A stretch of 64,000 nucleotides of DNA from an uncultured bacterium. Lineage in GTDB: Bacteria > Verrucomicrobiota > Verrucomicrobiia > Limisphaerales > UBA8199. Where the stretch lies: positions 128,001 to 192,000 of the forward strand of contig CAVVMW010000024.1 of the NCBI GenBank assembly GCA_963749495.1, read 5' to 3'. Below are positions 52,498 through 62,279 of the stretch, one piece after another. The position numbers were made by a program, and so were the translations under genes. Numbering within the stretch: position 1 is the first letter of the stretch; each line of letters starts with the position of its first letter. A model generated the notes under the pieces. That model did not search any database. It had not been told where the DNA came from and saw only the letters and a program-made list of their open reading frames with translations.

Positions 52498-54297
52498 ATG
52501 AAACTACTGGGGAAACTTAACACACTTATCCTTCTGTCGCTGTTTTTGCCGTCCGGCGCGGCGTTGGCGCAGAAGGAGCAATGGCTGCAGTACCACACCT
52601 CGCGCGAGGAACGCGGCTACCTTTGGCTCGACCTCACGGCCAACCCGCCGCCCAATGTCGCCTTGCCCAAACTGAACGCAAAACCGTGGTTTGCCCGTTG
52701 GACTACGCCCCTGGATCCGAAGGGCCGCTGGCTCTGTTTCGATCGTTCCCGCAGGTCCGGCCCTTATGATCGGGTCTTCATCGACAGCACCGGCAACGGA
52801 CGGCTCGATGACAAGACCGCCCTGAGTGCCGCCCGCATCGACCCCTACAGCGCCACCTTTGATCCCGCGCGCATCGTCTTCAAGGGCGAAGACGGGCCGA
52901 TCACTTACCACTTGCTCCTTCGGTTCATGAACTACGGTCCCGGCAACAACGTCCGGTTGCTGGCTTGCTCCGGCGGTTTCTACTCCGGCACGGTGGACTT
53001 CGGCGGCAAGAAACACCGCATCGAACTCATCGATGGCAACGCCAACGGGGCATTCAACGATTTGGCTTCCACCTCCGGTGCTCGTGACGAGGTGGTCATC
53101 GACAGCACCGGCCCGCAGGCCCTGGGCCGGTTGCTCGAAGTGGACGGCCAATTCTATCGCCTCAACGTCGCCCGCGACGGCGCCTTCGTCAAGGTCCAGA
53201 AGGCAACTGACGTCGCCCTGGGCACGGTGCGCATGCCCACGAACATCTCTGAATTCATCGCCTTGGGCGAAAACGGCCAATTCACGCGCAAGCCTGCCAA
53301 GGGCGAAGTGACGCTGCCGGCCGGCGCTTACGTCGTCAACCAATACATCATCAAACGCAAGGATGAGCGCGGCGCCTCCTGGCAGCTCATGGGCTCCGGC
53401 TTCGAAGCATCCGCCGGCTTCAATGTCGCCGCCGACAAGCCTGTCTTGCTCGACATCGGCGAGCCCGTGCGCGCGGTCATGCAGTCCGCCGAATCAGGGA
53501 GCGAGGTCTCCTTCAGCGTGCGCTTCCTGGGGCGCATGAAGGAAATGATCAATATCACCAAGGACAACGACCGGCCGCGTCCGCCCCGCCTGACCCTGAC
53601 GAGCCTCGACGGCTCATATCGCTACACCAATTCGTTCGAGTTTGGCTGAGGCGGCGTTTGCTCGCTCTCATGGCGAGAGCCCAAAAAGGTCCAACGTCCC
53701 GTCATTGCCACCCTCGGTTTCGTCACCCCGTTCCAGGTGCAGACCCGGCAGGTGACCCTCAAGCCCAAGAACCGCAAGCCGCCTGATCTGGGCCCCGTGG
53801 TCCAGGTCCAGAGCGTGCGGCTCAGCCCCGCCGCCGAGGATGCCGGCCTCAAGGCCCTCATCAATGGCGCCGGCCTGAAGCACATCCATAGGGACGGCCT
53901 CCTGGAGCATGACACCGACCCGGCCACGATGTGGTTGGGCGCCTGCGCGCCGGACCTGAAGATCGAGTTCGAGCTGTCCCAAGCCGTTGCGCTGGCCGCC
54001 ATTGAAGTCTGGAACTTCAACGCCGAATTCGAGACCGCCAACGGCATCCGCAAGGCCGACGTGGCCGTCTCGGCCGATGGTTCGACCTGGCAGACCGTCC
54101 TGGCAGGCGCCGAGTTTGCCGAGGCCGAGGGCACCACTGATTATGACACCCCTGTGGTGCTGAAACTGAACAGCGCCATGGCCCGCAAGGTGCGCCTCGA
54201 AAACATCGTGCCTTGGAGCGCCTCCGGAAAGGTCGGCCTGAGCGCCGTCGTCTTCCACCAGGCCCCCGAAGTCTCCCGCCGCGCAGACGCGAAATGA
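52498..54297 (+). CDS. Candidate selenoprotein B: exported domain, in-frame TGA (53647-53649, codon 384), then a discoidin/F5-8-like domain; 599 aa if read through
   Basis: ORFs ending 53649 and starting 53737 are in one frame, separated only by TGA; motif FEFG*GGVCSLSWR. Confidence 0.7.
53664..53680 (+). promoter_or_regulatory. SECIS-like recoding hairpin GCTCTC-ATGGC-GAGAGC
   Basis: Perfect 6-bp stem after a 14-nt spacer from the in-frame TGA; same loop as the paralog. Confidence 0.7.
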
Positions 54298-54432
54298 GCC
54301 AGGCGTGGGGCGTAGAATCGATTGGACTCGTCTGACGCGTCTGACCAGTCTGACGCGTCCGATGGGTCCGCATTCGTCATTCGTCATTCGTCATTCGTCA
54401 TTCGTCATTCCGCACTCCGCACTCCGCACTCT

Positions 54433-57400
54433 ATGAGTCCCCCCTCCCGCCATCTCTTCCTCCTGCCCCTCCTGCTCGCCTTCACCGCCGGCGCAGAGAC
54501 CAACAGCGTGTTTCATTGCCGGGCCAAAGTCGTGGATGCCAACGGCCAACCGGTCCCCGGCGCCATAGTGGAGCGGTATTGCACCCCGGTTCCCGTACTG
54601 TGGCGTTACAACCTGCAGTTGGTTGGGCGGTTGGCCGCCGATCAGGACGGCGCCGCAACGTTCACTGCCACGAACGAGGCGTGGTCGATGTTCGTGGCCT
54701 CCAAGCCCGGTTTCTCGATGGGCTGGGCCTCCACGACCCCGTTCGCCGGCGTCGATGAGGACATCGAGACGATTACGCTGAGCGCGCCGCATTGCGTATG
54801 GGGGCAGGTGCAGGATGCCGACGGCAGGCCGGTCCCGGACGCAACGGTGTGGGTCAGTTTCGCCATCCAAACGATGGAAGGGACGGCGGCATGGCAGGCG
54901 CCGCTCACCTCCCGCCTGGGAGGCCAGGTACTTCTCCGCGCGCACCGGCCCTGACGGCAGGTTCCGCATCGAGGGCCTCCCCGGGGAGACCGGGTTGGAA
55001 CTGGCCGCGCGCAAGCCCGGCCTGGCCATGGACTTGTCGGAGCGCGCGTCCATCTACATGTCCCTGGACGCCATGAGGTTCCATGCTGGCCAATCGAACA
55101 TCGTCCTTACGCTTAAGCCCGCCGGCGTGGTCGAAGGCCGGGTTGTCCGGGAGGACTCCGCCGCGCCTGTCGCCGGGGCCCGGGTTGCGCTGGTGGAGGG
55201 TTTCATGTCCGGCCAAGACTCCTTCCCGAGCCCTGTAGTGACGGGCGCGGATGGCGCCTTTCGCCTTGCCGACCTCGGCCCGGGCCAATACAGGCTCCAG
55301 GCAGTCGTTGGGACCAACCAACCGCCGGACTTGGTTGGCGAGCCGGTTGTTGTCGCCCTGGAGGCCGGCGCCACGAACCGGGACGTGAAACTCACGGTTG
55401 GGCCCGGCGCCGTGCTCGAAGTGACCGTCCACCAGGAGGCCGGTGATCGGCCTGTGAAGGATGCGACGGTTTTGGCCGCCAGCCCGCCCGACAGCGCCGA
55501 GTATGCCTCGACCTCCGACCGGGGCATTGCCCGGTTTCGTTTGCGGCCCGGCGAGTACCAGGTGAACGCGTCTCAGGCAGGCGGTTTCGGCTCTGACTTC
55601 CAGCAGGTGTCCATCGAGCGGAACCAGACCAACTCGGTCGCCCTGACGCTGGCGGCGCCTTCGAGCAGCCGGCTGGCGGGCACGGTCGTTGATGCAGAGG
55701 GCAAGCCCGCTCCCGAGGTCATGGTGACCGCCTTTCCCTTCTTTGGTGTGAGCAAGCAAACCGACGCCCAGGGCCGGTTCTCGCTCATGGCCGATAGCCG
55801 CCAGTTTGGCGGCATGCAAAACACCGAGCGGGTGCTCATCGCCCGCGATTTCAAACGCGGCCTCGCCGCCGCGCTCGAAGTGGACGAAGATGCCACCAAC
55901 GCCGTCTTGCGGCTCGAACCCGGCTTGACTCTGTCCGGCCGCATTACCGATGAGCACGGCAAACCGATAACCAATGCCCAGGCCGACTTCATGTTTCACA
56001 CGGAGCGCATGAGTATGGGCTTCAATAGACCCGCCAGGGCCGATGCCGACGGTCGTTTCGAGATCAAGGCCCTGCCTCCTGCCCGGCAATACACCGTGAA
56101 CGTCTCCGCCAAGGGCTTCGGCCGGGACAGCCGGCACCTCGACGCTGCGGAGACCGCCGCGCGCCGCGTCGAACTCGAACCGTTTCAGCTCGAGACGGCC
56201 AACCTGCGCATCTCCGGCGTGGTGGTCGGGCCTGACGATAAACCGATCCCCGGCGCCATGGTAAACTCCTTCGACCCGAAGCAGCCCCAGTTGAACGGGC
56301 AGACCGATTCCCAGGGACGGTTCGTCTTCGAGCACGTCTGCGCCGGCCCGATCGGCCTCAATGCCCATAGCCCGCGCCAGGCGGGCCGCTGGGGTAACAC
56401 CACCGCCCAGGGCGGTGACACCAACATCGTCATCCAGCTTGCGGACCAGGCACGCGGTCAGGTCGTCCGCTCGCCCTACGGAGGCTCGAAGCTCAGCGGC
56501 TCGGTTGTCGGTCCCGATGGCAAGCCCGCTCCCAGGGTCATGGTCAGCCTCTTCCCCTTTTTCGGCTACGCTCAGAAACGCACGGACGAGCAAGGCCGCT
56601 TCACTCTCAACACCCAGTCCACCATGATGGCCGGTTCGGCTCCCCAACGCGTCCTCATCGCCCGCGACCTGGAGCGCAACCTGGCCGCCACCCTCGACCT
56701 GGACGAGGACGCGACCAATGCCGACCTGAAGCTCGAGGCCGGCTGGAGCCTGTCCGGGCGTGTTACCGACACAAACGGCCATGCCATCTCCAATGCCCAG
56801 GCCCAGGTGAACTTGAGCACCGACCGGATGAGTTCTCAGCTCGGCCAACCCGTTCGCGTGGACGCCGTGGGCCGCTTCGAGATCAAGGCCCTCCCTCATG
56901 GCCGCCGCTTCGGCGTTACCCTCTCCGCCAGGGGCTTCGGCCAGGACGAGCAGAACGTCGAGGCGCCTCAGACCGGGACCCAGCGGCTCCAACTGGAGGA
57001 ACCCTTCACGCTGCTCGCCGCGGACCAGCGCATCGCAGGCGTGGTGCTCGATTCCGACGACAAGCCCGTGGCCCGGCGCGCACCTCTATATCTACGGCGC
57101 CAAGCAACCCCCCCAGAACAGCCAAGCAGATTCCCACGGGCACTTCTCGCTCGAAAAGGTCTGTCCCGGTACACTCCAGATCTCCGCCAACAGCCAGCGC
57201 GGCAGCAGCTACGGCTCCGTCTCCGCCGAGGGCGGCGATACCAACATCACAATCCGGCTCGGTTCCAGCCCGGTCCAGCGCTTCCAGGCTCCCAGGGCCG
57301 CCTCGCTCCGGGGCAAACCGCTGCCGGACCTTGCGCCCCTGGGCTTGGGGCCTGCCGAGGCCCCGGCTGGCGAACCGCTCTTGCTCCTGCTCATCGATGC

Positions 57401-57707
57401 CGAGCAGCGCCCCTCCCGCCGTGCCTTGCGCCTCCTGGCCGAGCAGGCCGCCGACCTCAAACAGAAGGGTCTCGGTGTGATCGTGCTCCAGGCCGGCGCC
57501 CTGACCGACGAGGCCTTTGCCGCCTGGAAACAGGAGGCTGGCTCTCCCTTCCCGATCGGCTGTTTCAAAGAGCCGGGCGAAAAGGCCTCCTCCGCCTGGG
57601 GCGCCACAGCCCTGCCTTGGCTGATCCTGGCCGACAAAGCGCACCGCGTGACCGCCGAAGGATTCGAGCTGGAAGAACTCGATGGGAAGGTGAAGGAACT
57701 CAAGTGA
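54433..57707 (+). CDS. Secreted protein with carboxypeptidase-regulatory-like beta-sandwich repeats and a C-terminal degenerate redoxin domain; frameshifts near 54920 and 57075
   Basis: Repeated GxVVDxxGKPxxxA...TDxxGRF units; GKPLPDL...IDAEQRPS...ALPWLILAD tail. Confidence 0.75.
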
Positions 57708-57719
57708 GTGCGGAGCGGG

Positions 57720-57858
57720 GAATGACGAATGACGAATGACGAATGACGAATGACGAATGACGAATGACGAATGACGAATGACGAATGACGAATGACGAAT
57801 GACGAATGACGAATGCAAAGGGGCGCCTTCGTCATTCGTCATTCGTCATTCGTCATTT
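57720..57858. repeat. Inverted heptamer array between convergent genes
   Basis: (GAATGAC)n then (GTCATTC)n. Confidence 0.95.
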
Positions 57859-57859
57859 C

Positions 57860-59893
57860 TCACTGTATCCTTCCGAACTTCTTCTCCAGTTCGCGGAAGT
57901 TCATCTCGATGAGGGTGGGCCGGCCGTGGGGGCAGGTGTAGGGCATCGCGCAGTGGCGCAAGTCCTCGACCAGCGCCTCCAACTCGGGCCCGGCCAGCGG
58001 GTCGCGGGCCTTGACCGCATGACGGCAGACGGTCTTGGCCACCATCTGCTCGCCTAGCCGCATCGGGTTGACCGCCTGCCCGCTCGCCTTGAGTTCATCG
58101 AGCACCTGCAGGACGAATCGCCGCGGGTCGGCCACTTTCACGAACGGCGGCAACGCGTCCAGCAGGAAGGTGCGCTCGCCGAACTCGCTCAGCCCGACGC
58201 CTAGCCGCGCCAGCACGGGCAACTGCTCCCGGACGAAGACGGCGTCCCGCGCCGACAACTCGACGGTTTCGGGCAGCAGCAGCCGCTGGGTGGGCGCCTG
58301 GTCTTTCTGCTCGAGACGGCTGAGCATCTGCTCGTAGAGAATCCGCTCGTGTGCCGCGTGTTGATCCAGCAACACCAGGCCGCGATCCGATTCCAGCACC
58401 ACGTAGAGCCTGCCCACCACTCCAACCAACCGCAAGGGCACGCTCAGCAACGGCACCGCCGCCGGCGCGGCCAGAGGCCGGAGGTCGGAGGTCGGAGGCC
58501 GGAGGTCGGAGGTCGGAGGCCGGAGGTTGGGGGCCGGAGGCCGGAGGTTGGGGGCCGGAGGCCGGAAGTCGGGGGCCGGAGGCCGGAAGTCGGGGGCCGG
58601 AGGCCGGAAGTCGGAGGTCGGAGGTCGGAAGACAGAGTTCTCCGTCCTCCGACTTCCGTCCTCCGACCTCTGTCCTCCGGCCTCTGGACTGTGGACCGTG
58701 GGCTGTGGACTGTGGACTGTGGACTGTGGACTGTGGACTGTGGACTGCGGACTGTGGACTGTGGAAAGGGTCCGGCGGAGCGCGTCTGCGACCAACCTTC
58801 GGACTTCCCCTTCCTGGTGGAACCTGACCTCGCGCTTGGCCGGGTGGATGTTCACGTCCACGGCGGCGGGATCGAGTTCCAAGAAGAGGCAGCAGACGGG
58901 ATAGCGGCCCTTCATGAGGGCGGTGCGGTAGCCTTCGAGCAGGGCCAGATTGAGGCCGCGATTCTGGATGGGGCGCCGGTTCACGAAGAGGTGCTGGTCC
59001 TCGCGGGTCAGGCGTGACACACCCGGCGCGCCGATGAAACCCCAGAGGCGGAAGCGCGAGGCGGCTCTTTCCGATGATGATTCCGGCGAAGGCCCCTGGC
59101 TTGGGGAGAGAGGGGGGCACTGCTCGAACTGGGCATCGGCATCAAGCTCTCTTTGGAGCGGCTGGCGGGACGGAATGAGGGCGTCGAAATCCACCGGCAG
59201 CAGTCCTTGCTCGCCGCCATAAAGCGCCCTCAATCGCTCGCGGAGGGCGTCCAGGCGCGCACGGGCGTTGCTGCCGCTCCTGATTGCCGGCAATTGCCAG
59301 ACCAGCCGGCCGTCTTTTTGGAAGGTGAAGGCGACCTCCGGAAAGGCCAGCGCGGCCAGCATCAGGTAATGCTGGATGTGAGCCGACTCGGTCGGTTCGG
59401 TGCGGAGGAATTTGCGGCGGGCCGGCAGGTTGAAGAAGAGCTGGCGCACCTCGACGGTGGTGCCGGGGGCGGTGCCAGCGGCCTTGACCTGGAGGATTTT
59501 TCCGCCGTTGATGACGACCTGTGTGCCCTCGGGCGATTGGCTTTGGCCTTCGCGGGTCGTCAAGGTGAAGCGGCTTACGCTGGCAATGCTGGGCAGGGCC
59601 TCGCCCCGAAAGCCCAGGGTCGCGATGGCGGCAAGGTCCTCGGCGCGTCGGATCTTGCTGGTGGCGTGCTGCTCCAGGCAGAGCAAGGCATCGTCGCGGC
59701 TCATGCCGGTGCCGTCGTCGGTCACCCGCACCAGGCTGCGCCCGCCCGCCTGGACCTCGACCGTCACGCGCCCTGCCTGGGCGTCCAGCGAGTTCTCGAC
59801 CAGTTCCTTGACCACGCTGGCGGGCCGTTCGATGACCTCTCCGGCGGCGATTTGATTGGCCACTTGCTCGGGGAGAAGGCGGATGCGGTTCAT
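57860..59893 (-). CDS. mutL: DNA mismatch repair protein MutL
   Basis: IAAGEVIERP, KELVENSLDA, GFRGEAL, VDVNIHPAK, DQHAAHER and CPHGRP motifs. Confidence 0.97.
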   Translation of the reverse strand: MNRIRLLPEQVANQIAAGEVIERPASVVKELVENSLDAQAGRVTVEVQAGGRSLVRVTDDGTGMSRDDALLCLEQHATSKIRRAEDLAAIATLGFRGEALPSIASVSRFTLTTREGQSQSPEGTQVVINGGKILQVKAAGTAPGTTVEVRQLFFNLPARRKFLRTEPTESAHIQHYLMLAALAFPEVAFTFQKDGRLVWQLPAIRSGSNARARLDALRERLRALYGGEQGLLPVDFDALIPSRQPLQRELDADAQFEQCPPLSPSQGPSPESSSERAASRFRLWGFIGAPGVSRLTREDQHLFVNRRPIQNRGLNLALLEGYRTALMKGRYPVCCLFLELDPAAVDVNIHPAKREVRFHQEGEVRRLVADALRRTLSTVHSPQSTVHSPQSTVHSPQPTVHSPEAGGQRSEDGSRRTENSVFRPPTSDFRPPAPDFRPPAPDFRPPAPNLRPPAPNLRPPTSDLRPPTSDLRPLAAPAAVPLLSVPLRLVGVVGRLYVVLESDRGLVLLDQHAAHERILYEQMLSRLEQKDQAPTQRLLLPETVELSARDAVFVREQLPVLARLGVGLSEFGERTFLLDALPPFVKVADPRRFVLQVLDELKASGQAVNPMRLGEQMVAKTVCRHAVKARDPLAGPELEALVEDLRHCAMPYTCPHGRPTLIEMNFRELEKKFGRIQ
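58472..58765. repeat. Heptamer arrays inside the mutL linker
   Basis: About 22 GGAGG(T/C)C-type units, an inverted arm, then 11 TGGACTG-type units at 58685-58761. Confidence 0.92.
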
Positions 59894-60141
59894 GCCAGGC
59901 AATCCTGGGGCAACGGCAGGCCGAAGGAGAAGATGGCGCCGCGGCCCGGCTCGGAGCGGGCGCGAATCCAGCCGCGGTGGTCCTCGATGATGCGTTTGCA
60001 GATCAACAGGCCCAGGCCGGTGCCATGGCTGAAGATCTGCTCCCCGGCCGGGTACGACCGCTCCTGGGCAATCCGCCTCAGTCCGCCCATCTCTTCCGGG
60101 GTCACCCGGGAAAAACACCGGCTCTCTTCAAGCGTCACCAT
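59890..60141 (-). pseudogene. Internally deleted cNMP-binding sensor histidine kinase
   Basis: cNMP-domain start (ERSYPAGEQIF) joined directly to HATPase end (HGTGLGLLICKRIIEDHRG). Confidence 0.7.
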
Positions 60142-60279
60142 GCGGGCACTTTAGGACAAAACCCCGGCAGGTAAAGCCACTTCCGGGGTGAACACCCGTT
60201 CACGGGCGGGTTTGGTGAGTACCACAACGGCATGAACGACCGGGCGCAACGCCCGCGTGCCGACCCCATCCCGAAGGGA

Positions 60280-60462
60280 TGGTAATCACTCAGCCCAGGG
60301 TTGCACCGCCCTTTCGCCAGAAAGGGCGCGGCTACCCTGGGTCACGCCGCCCGTGACTAACTACCCCGAAGGGGTTGCATCAACCGCTGATAAAACCCTT
60401 TCAGGTTTTGACCTTTGGTGGCCTGCGTCCCAGGGTAGCGCGTTCCGCGCAACCCTGGGCTG
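60280..60462. repeat. Palindromic REP-like element (CAGCCCAGGGTTGC...GCAACCCTGGGCTG)
   Basis: Nested inverted repeats. Confidence 0.8.
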
Positions 60463-60476
60463 AGTGATCAGAAGCC

Positions 60477-62270
60477 CTACGGGCTACTGCGCGGCTCCAC
60501 CTTGCTCTCCGCCACCTTTTCGAGCTGGCGCAGTATGCCCTCCGGCTCGGCCACACCCATCCTGGCGATCTCTTCCGCCCGTTCGAGGCTGTCCGCCACA
60601 GCGTAGATCCTCAGTTCGTCCGCGTTGCCCGAGGGCCGGAAGTGGGCCACGTCGCCGTTGTCGAAATAGACGCGCACCCCGTCAATATAATTGATGCGGC
60701 GCAGGGCGCCGAACCCAAGGGCAGGGCTGAAACAGCGGGCGAGCGCATCGCGGATGGAGCTCAGGCCGGCTGCCGCGCCGGCTGACGGCAGTGGACGGCC
60801 CTCCTGGTCTTTGAGGACCGTTTGCCCGGCCTCGAACCAGACCTCTTTGACCCTGGGGTCCGGGGGTGAAAACGCGGCGACAAGGCGAAGGCCGGCGGAA
60901 CGGGGAAAGTGCTCGAGCAGGGCGGCGCGGCTGAAGCGGGCGGGGAGTTGGGCGAAGAGTTGCGGGAGCGACAGGCCCTTTGCCGCGGCAGCAAAGAGCA
61001 CGCCGAGGATGGGCAGAAAGGCGTCTCGGGTGGGCAGTGCCTTGAGCAGCCTGCCCTGGCGCAAGATAGCCGAGCCGGTGAGAAAACCGCCGTTGGCTTC
61101 CCAGCCGCAAACGGCCCTGCGGCCCTTGGCCAGCGCGCCCTCCATGCCCGCAATCACGTGCGGGGAGCCGATGCGGGTCCTGGGTTCGAGGGCCTCCTTG
61201 AGCGGGCCGCAGTCCACACCGTCGTTGCAACTGATGGGCACCACCACGGCGTCCGCGTCCAGGAATTGCGCCACCACCATGCCCACGAGGTCGCCCCCGA
61301 AAAACCGGACGCGGCAAGCCCCCGGGCCGGTCTGCGCCTCCACGCCCAGGATGAGCGGACGATCGCTGTCGCCGTCGGTGGACACGATGGCGTCGAGTGG
61401 CCCGTGAGTCCGCCAGGCCTCGGACGCCAGCGCTTGAATGGCGGCCAACTGCGCCGCGCCAATGTTCTCCGTGTCGATGGGGACAAAGTCCTCGCTGCGT
61501 CCTGCGGGCACGACCTCCGCTCCCAGCCGCCGCAGCAGTTCGACCAGCAGGTCGCGCCCGACCGCCGAGTGCTGATAGACCAGCAATCGTTTGCCCCGGA
61601 GGCTGCGCCCCGCGAAGAAATCCGTGTAGCGGCGCAAATAGGCCTCCGCGGCGGCGGCCGTTGCCGCCGGCAATTCCCGGTGGCCCCTCTTGAACCGGCC
61701 CTGCTCGTCGAAGGGCGATTCGCCGAAGGGCTGCGCGTAAAGCCGCCGGCGGACCCGCTGGGCGCGCTCCCGGATTGGGGCCTCGTCTCTCTTGAGCAAC
61801 TCACCGCGGGCCGTGTTGGTCTTGTAGCCGTTGCGGTCAAAGGGAATGTGGCTGCCGGTTACCATGGTGCTCGCCCGGCCGTGTTCCCACGCGAAAGCGG
61901 CCAGCGCGGGCGTGGGCACCCGCCCCAGAAACACCGGCTTCATCCCGGCGTCCTCGATTGCCGCCGCCACCGCCTGCGCCAGTTCGCCGCGCCCTTGTTC
62001 CTCGGCCACATACCGGCTCGAACTGGGGCGCAAGTCACAGGCGAAATAGAACTCCTGGCCGCGGACAACACCCCCCTGGCCCGCCGGCAACGACTGCAGA
62101 TACTCCAACTCCGCCACGACATTGAGATACACCTCGAGCTGGGTCAGGTGAATCACCAGCCCACGCCGGCCGCTGGTGCCGAACTCCAACGGCACCGGCT
62201 CATAATCCAGACGCGAACGCAACGAATCGCCGGGCTTGACGCTTTCCATAACCGTTGCAGGATTGCTCAC
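60477..62270 (-). CDS. Phosphomannomutase/phosphoglucomutase family protein
   Basis: FGTSGRRG, TGSHIP, TDGDSDR, WEANG and RPSGN motifs. Confidence 0.9.
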   Translation of the reverse strand: MSNPATVMESVKPGDSLRSRLDYEPVPLEFGTSGRRGLVIHLTQLEVYLNVVAELEYLQSLPAGQGGVVRGQEFYFACDLRPSSSRYVAEEQGRGELAQAVAAAIEDAGMKPVFLGRVPTPALAAFAWEHGRASTMVTGSHIPFDRNGYKTNTARGELLKRDEAPIRERAQRVRRRLYAQPFGESPFDEQGRFKRGHRELPAATAAAAEAYLRRYTDFFAGRSLRGKRLLVYQHSAVGRDLLVELLRRLGAEVVPAGRSEDFVPIDTENIGAAQLAAIQALASEAWRTHGPLDAIVSTDGDSDRPLILGVEAQTGPGACRVRFFGGDLVGMVVAQFLDADAVVVPISCNDGVDCGPLKEALEPRTRIGSPHVIAGMEGALAKGRRAVCGWEANGGFLTGSAILRQGRLLKALPTRDAFLPILGVLFAAAAKGLSLPQLFAQLPARFSRAALLEHFPRSAGLRLVAAFSPPDPRVKEVWFEAGQTVLKDQEGRPLPSAGAAAGLSSIRDALARCFSPALGFGALRRINYIDGVRVYFDNGDVAHFRPSGNADELRIYAVADSLERAEEIARMGVAEPEGILRQLEKVAESKVEPRSSP

Positions 62271-62279
62271 TGCGCCACA

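Noticed and set aside
50057..54297. Genome-wide UGA reassignment (code 4 or 25)
   Set aside because: Conserved genes such as rpsL, fusA and mutL end at TGA at the expected positions and use TGG for Trp.
57860..60118. 752-aa MutL with an N-terminal extension
   Set aside because: Homology starts at MNRIRLL (59893); the upstream region encodes the kinase remnant in another frame.
10632..60154. Long antisense ORFs (e.g. 10632-13220, 13795-16068, 27230-29749, 54905-56992, 59153-60154)
   Set aside because: Shadow frames of real high-GC genes with no recognisable motifs.
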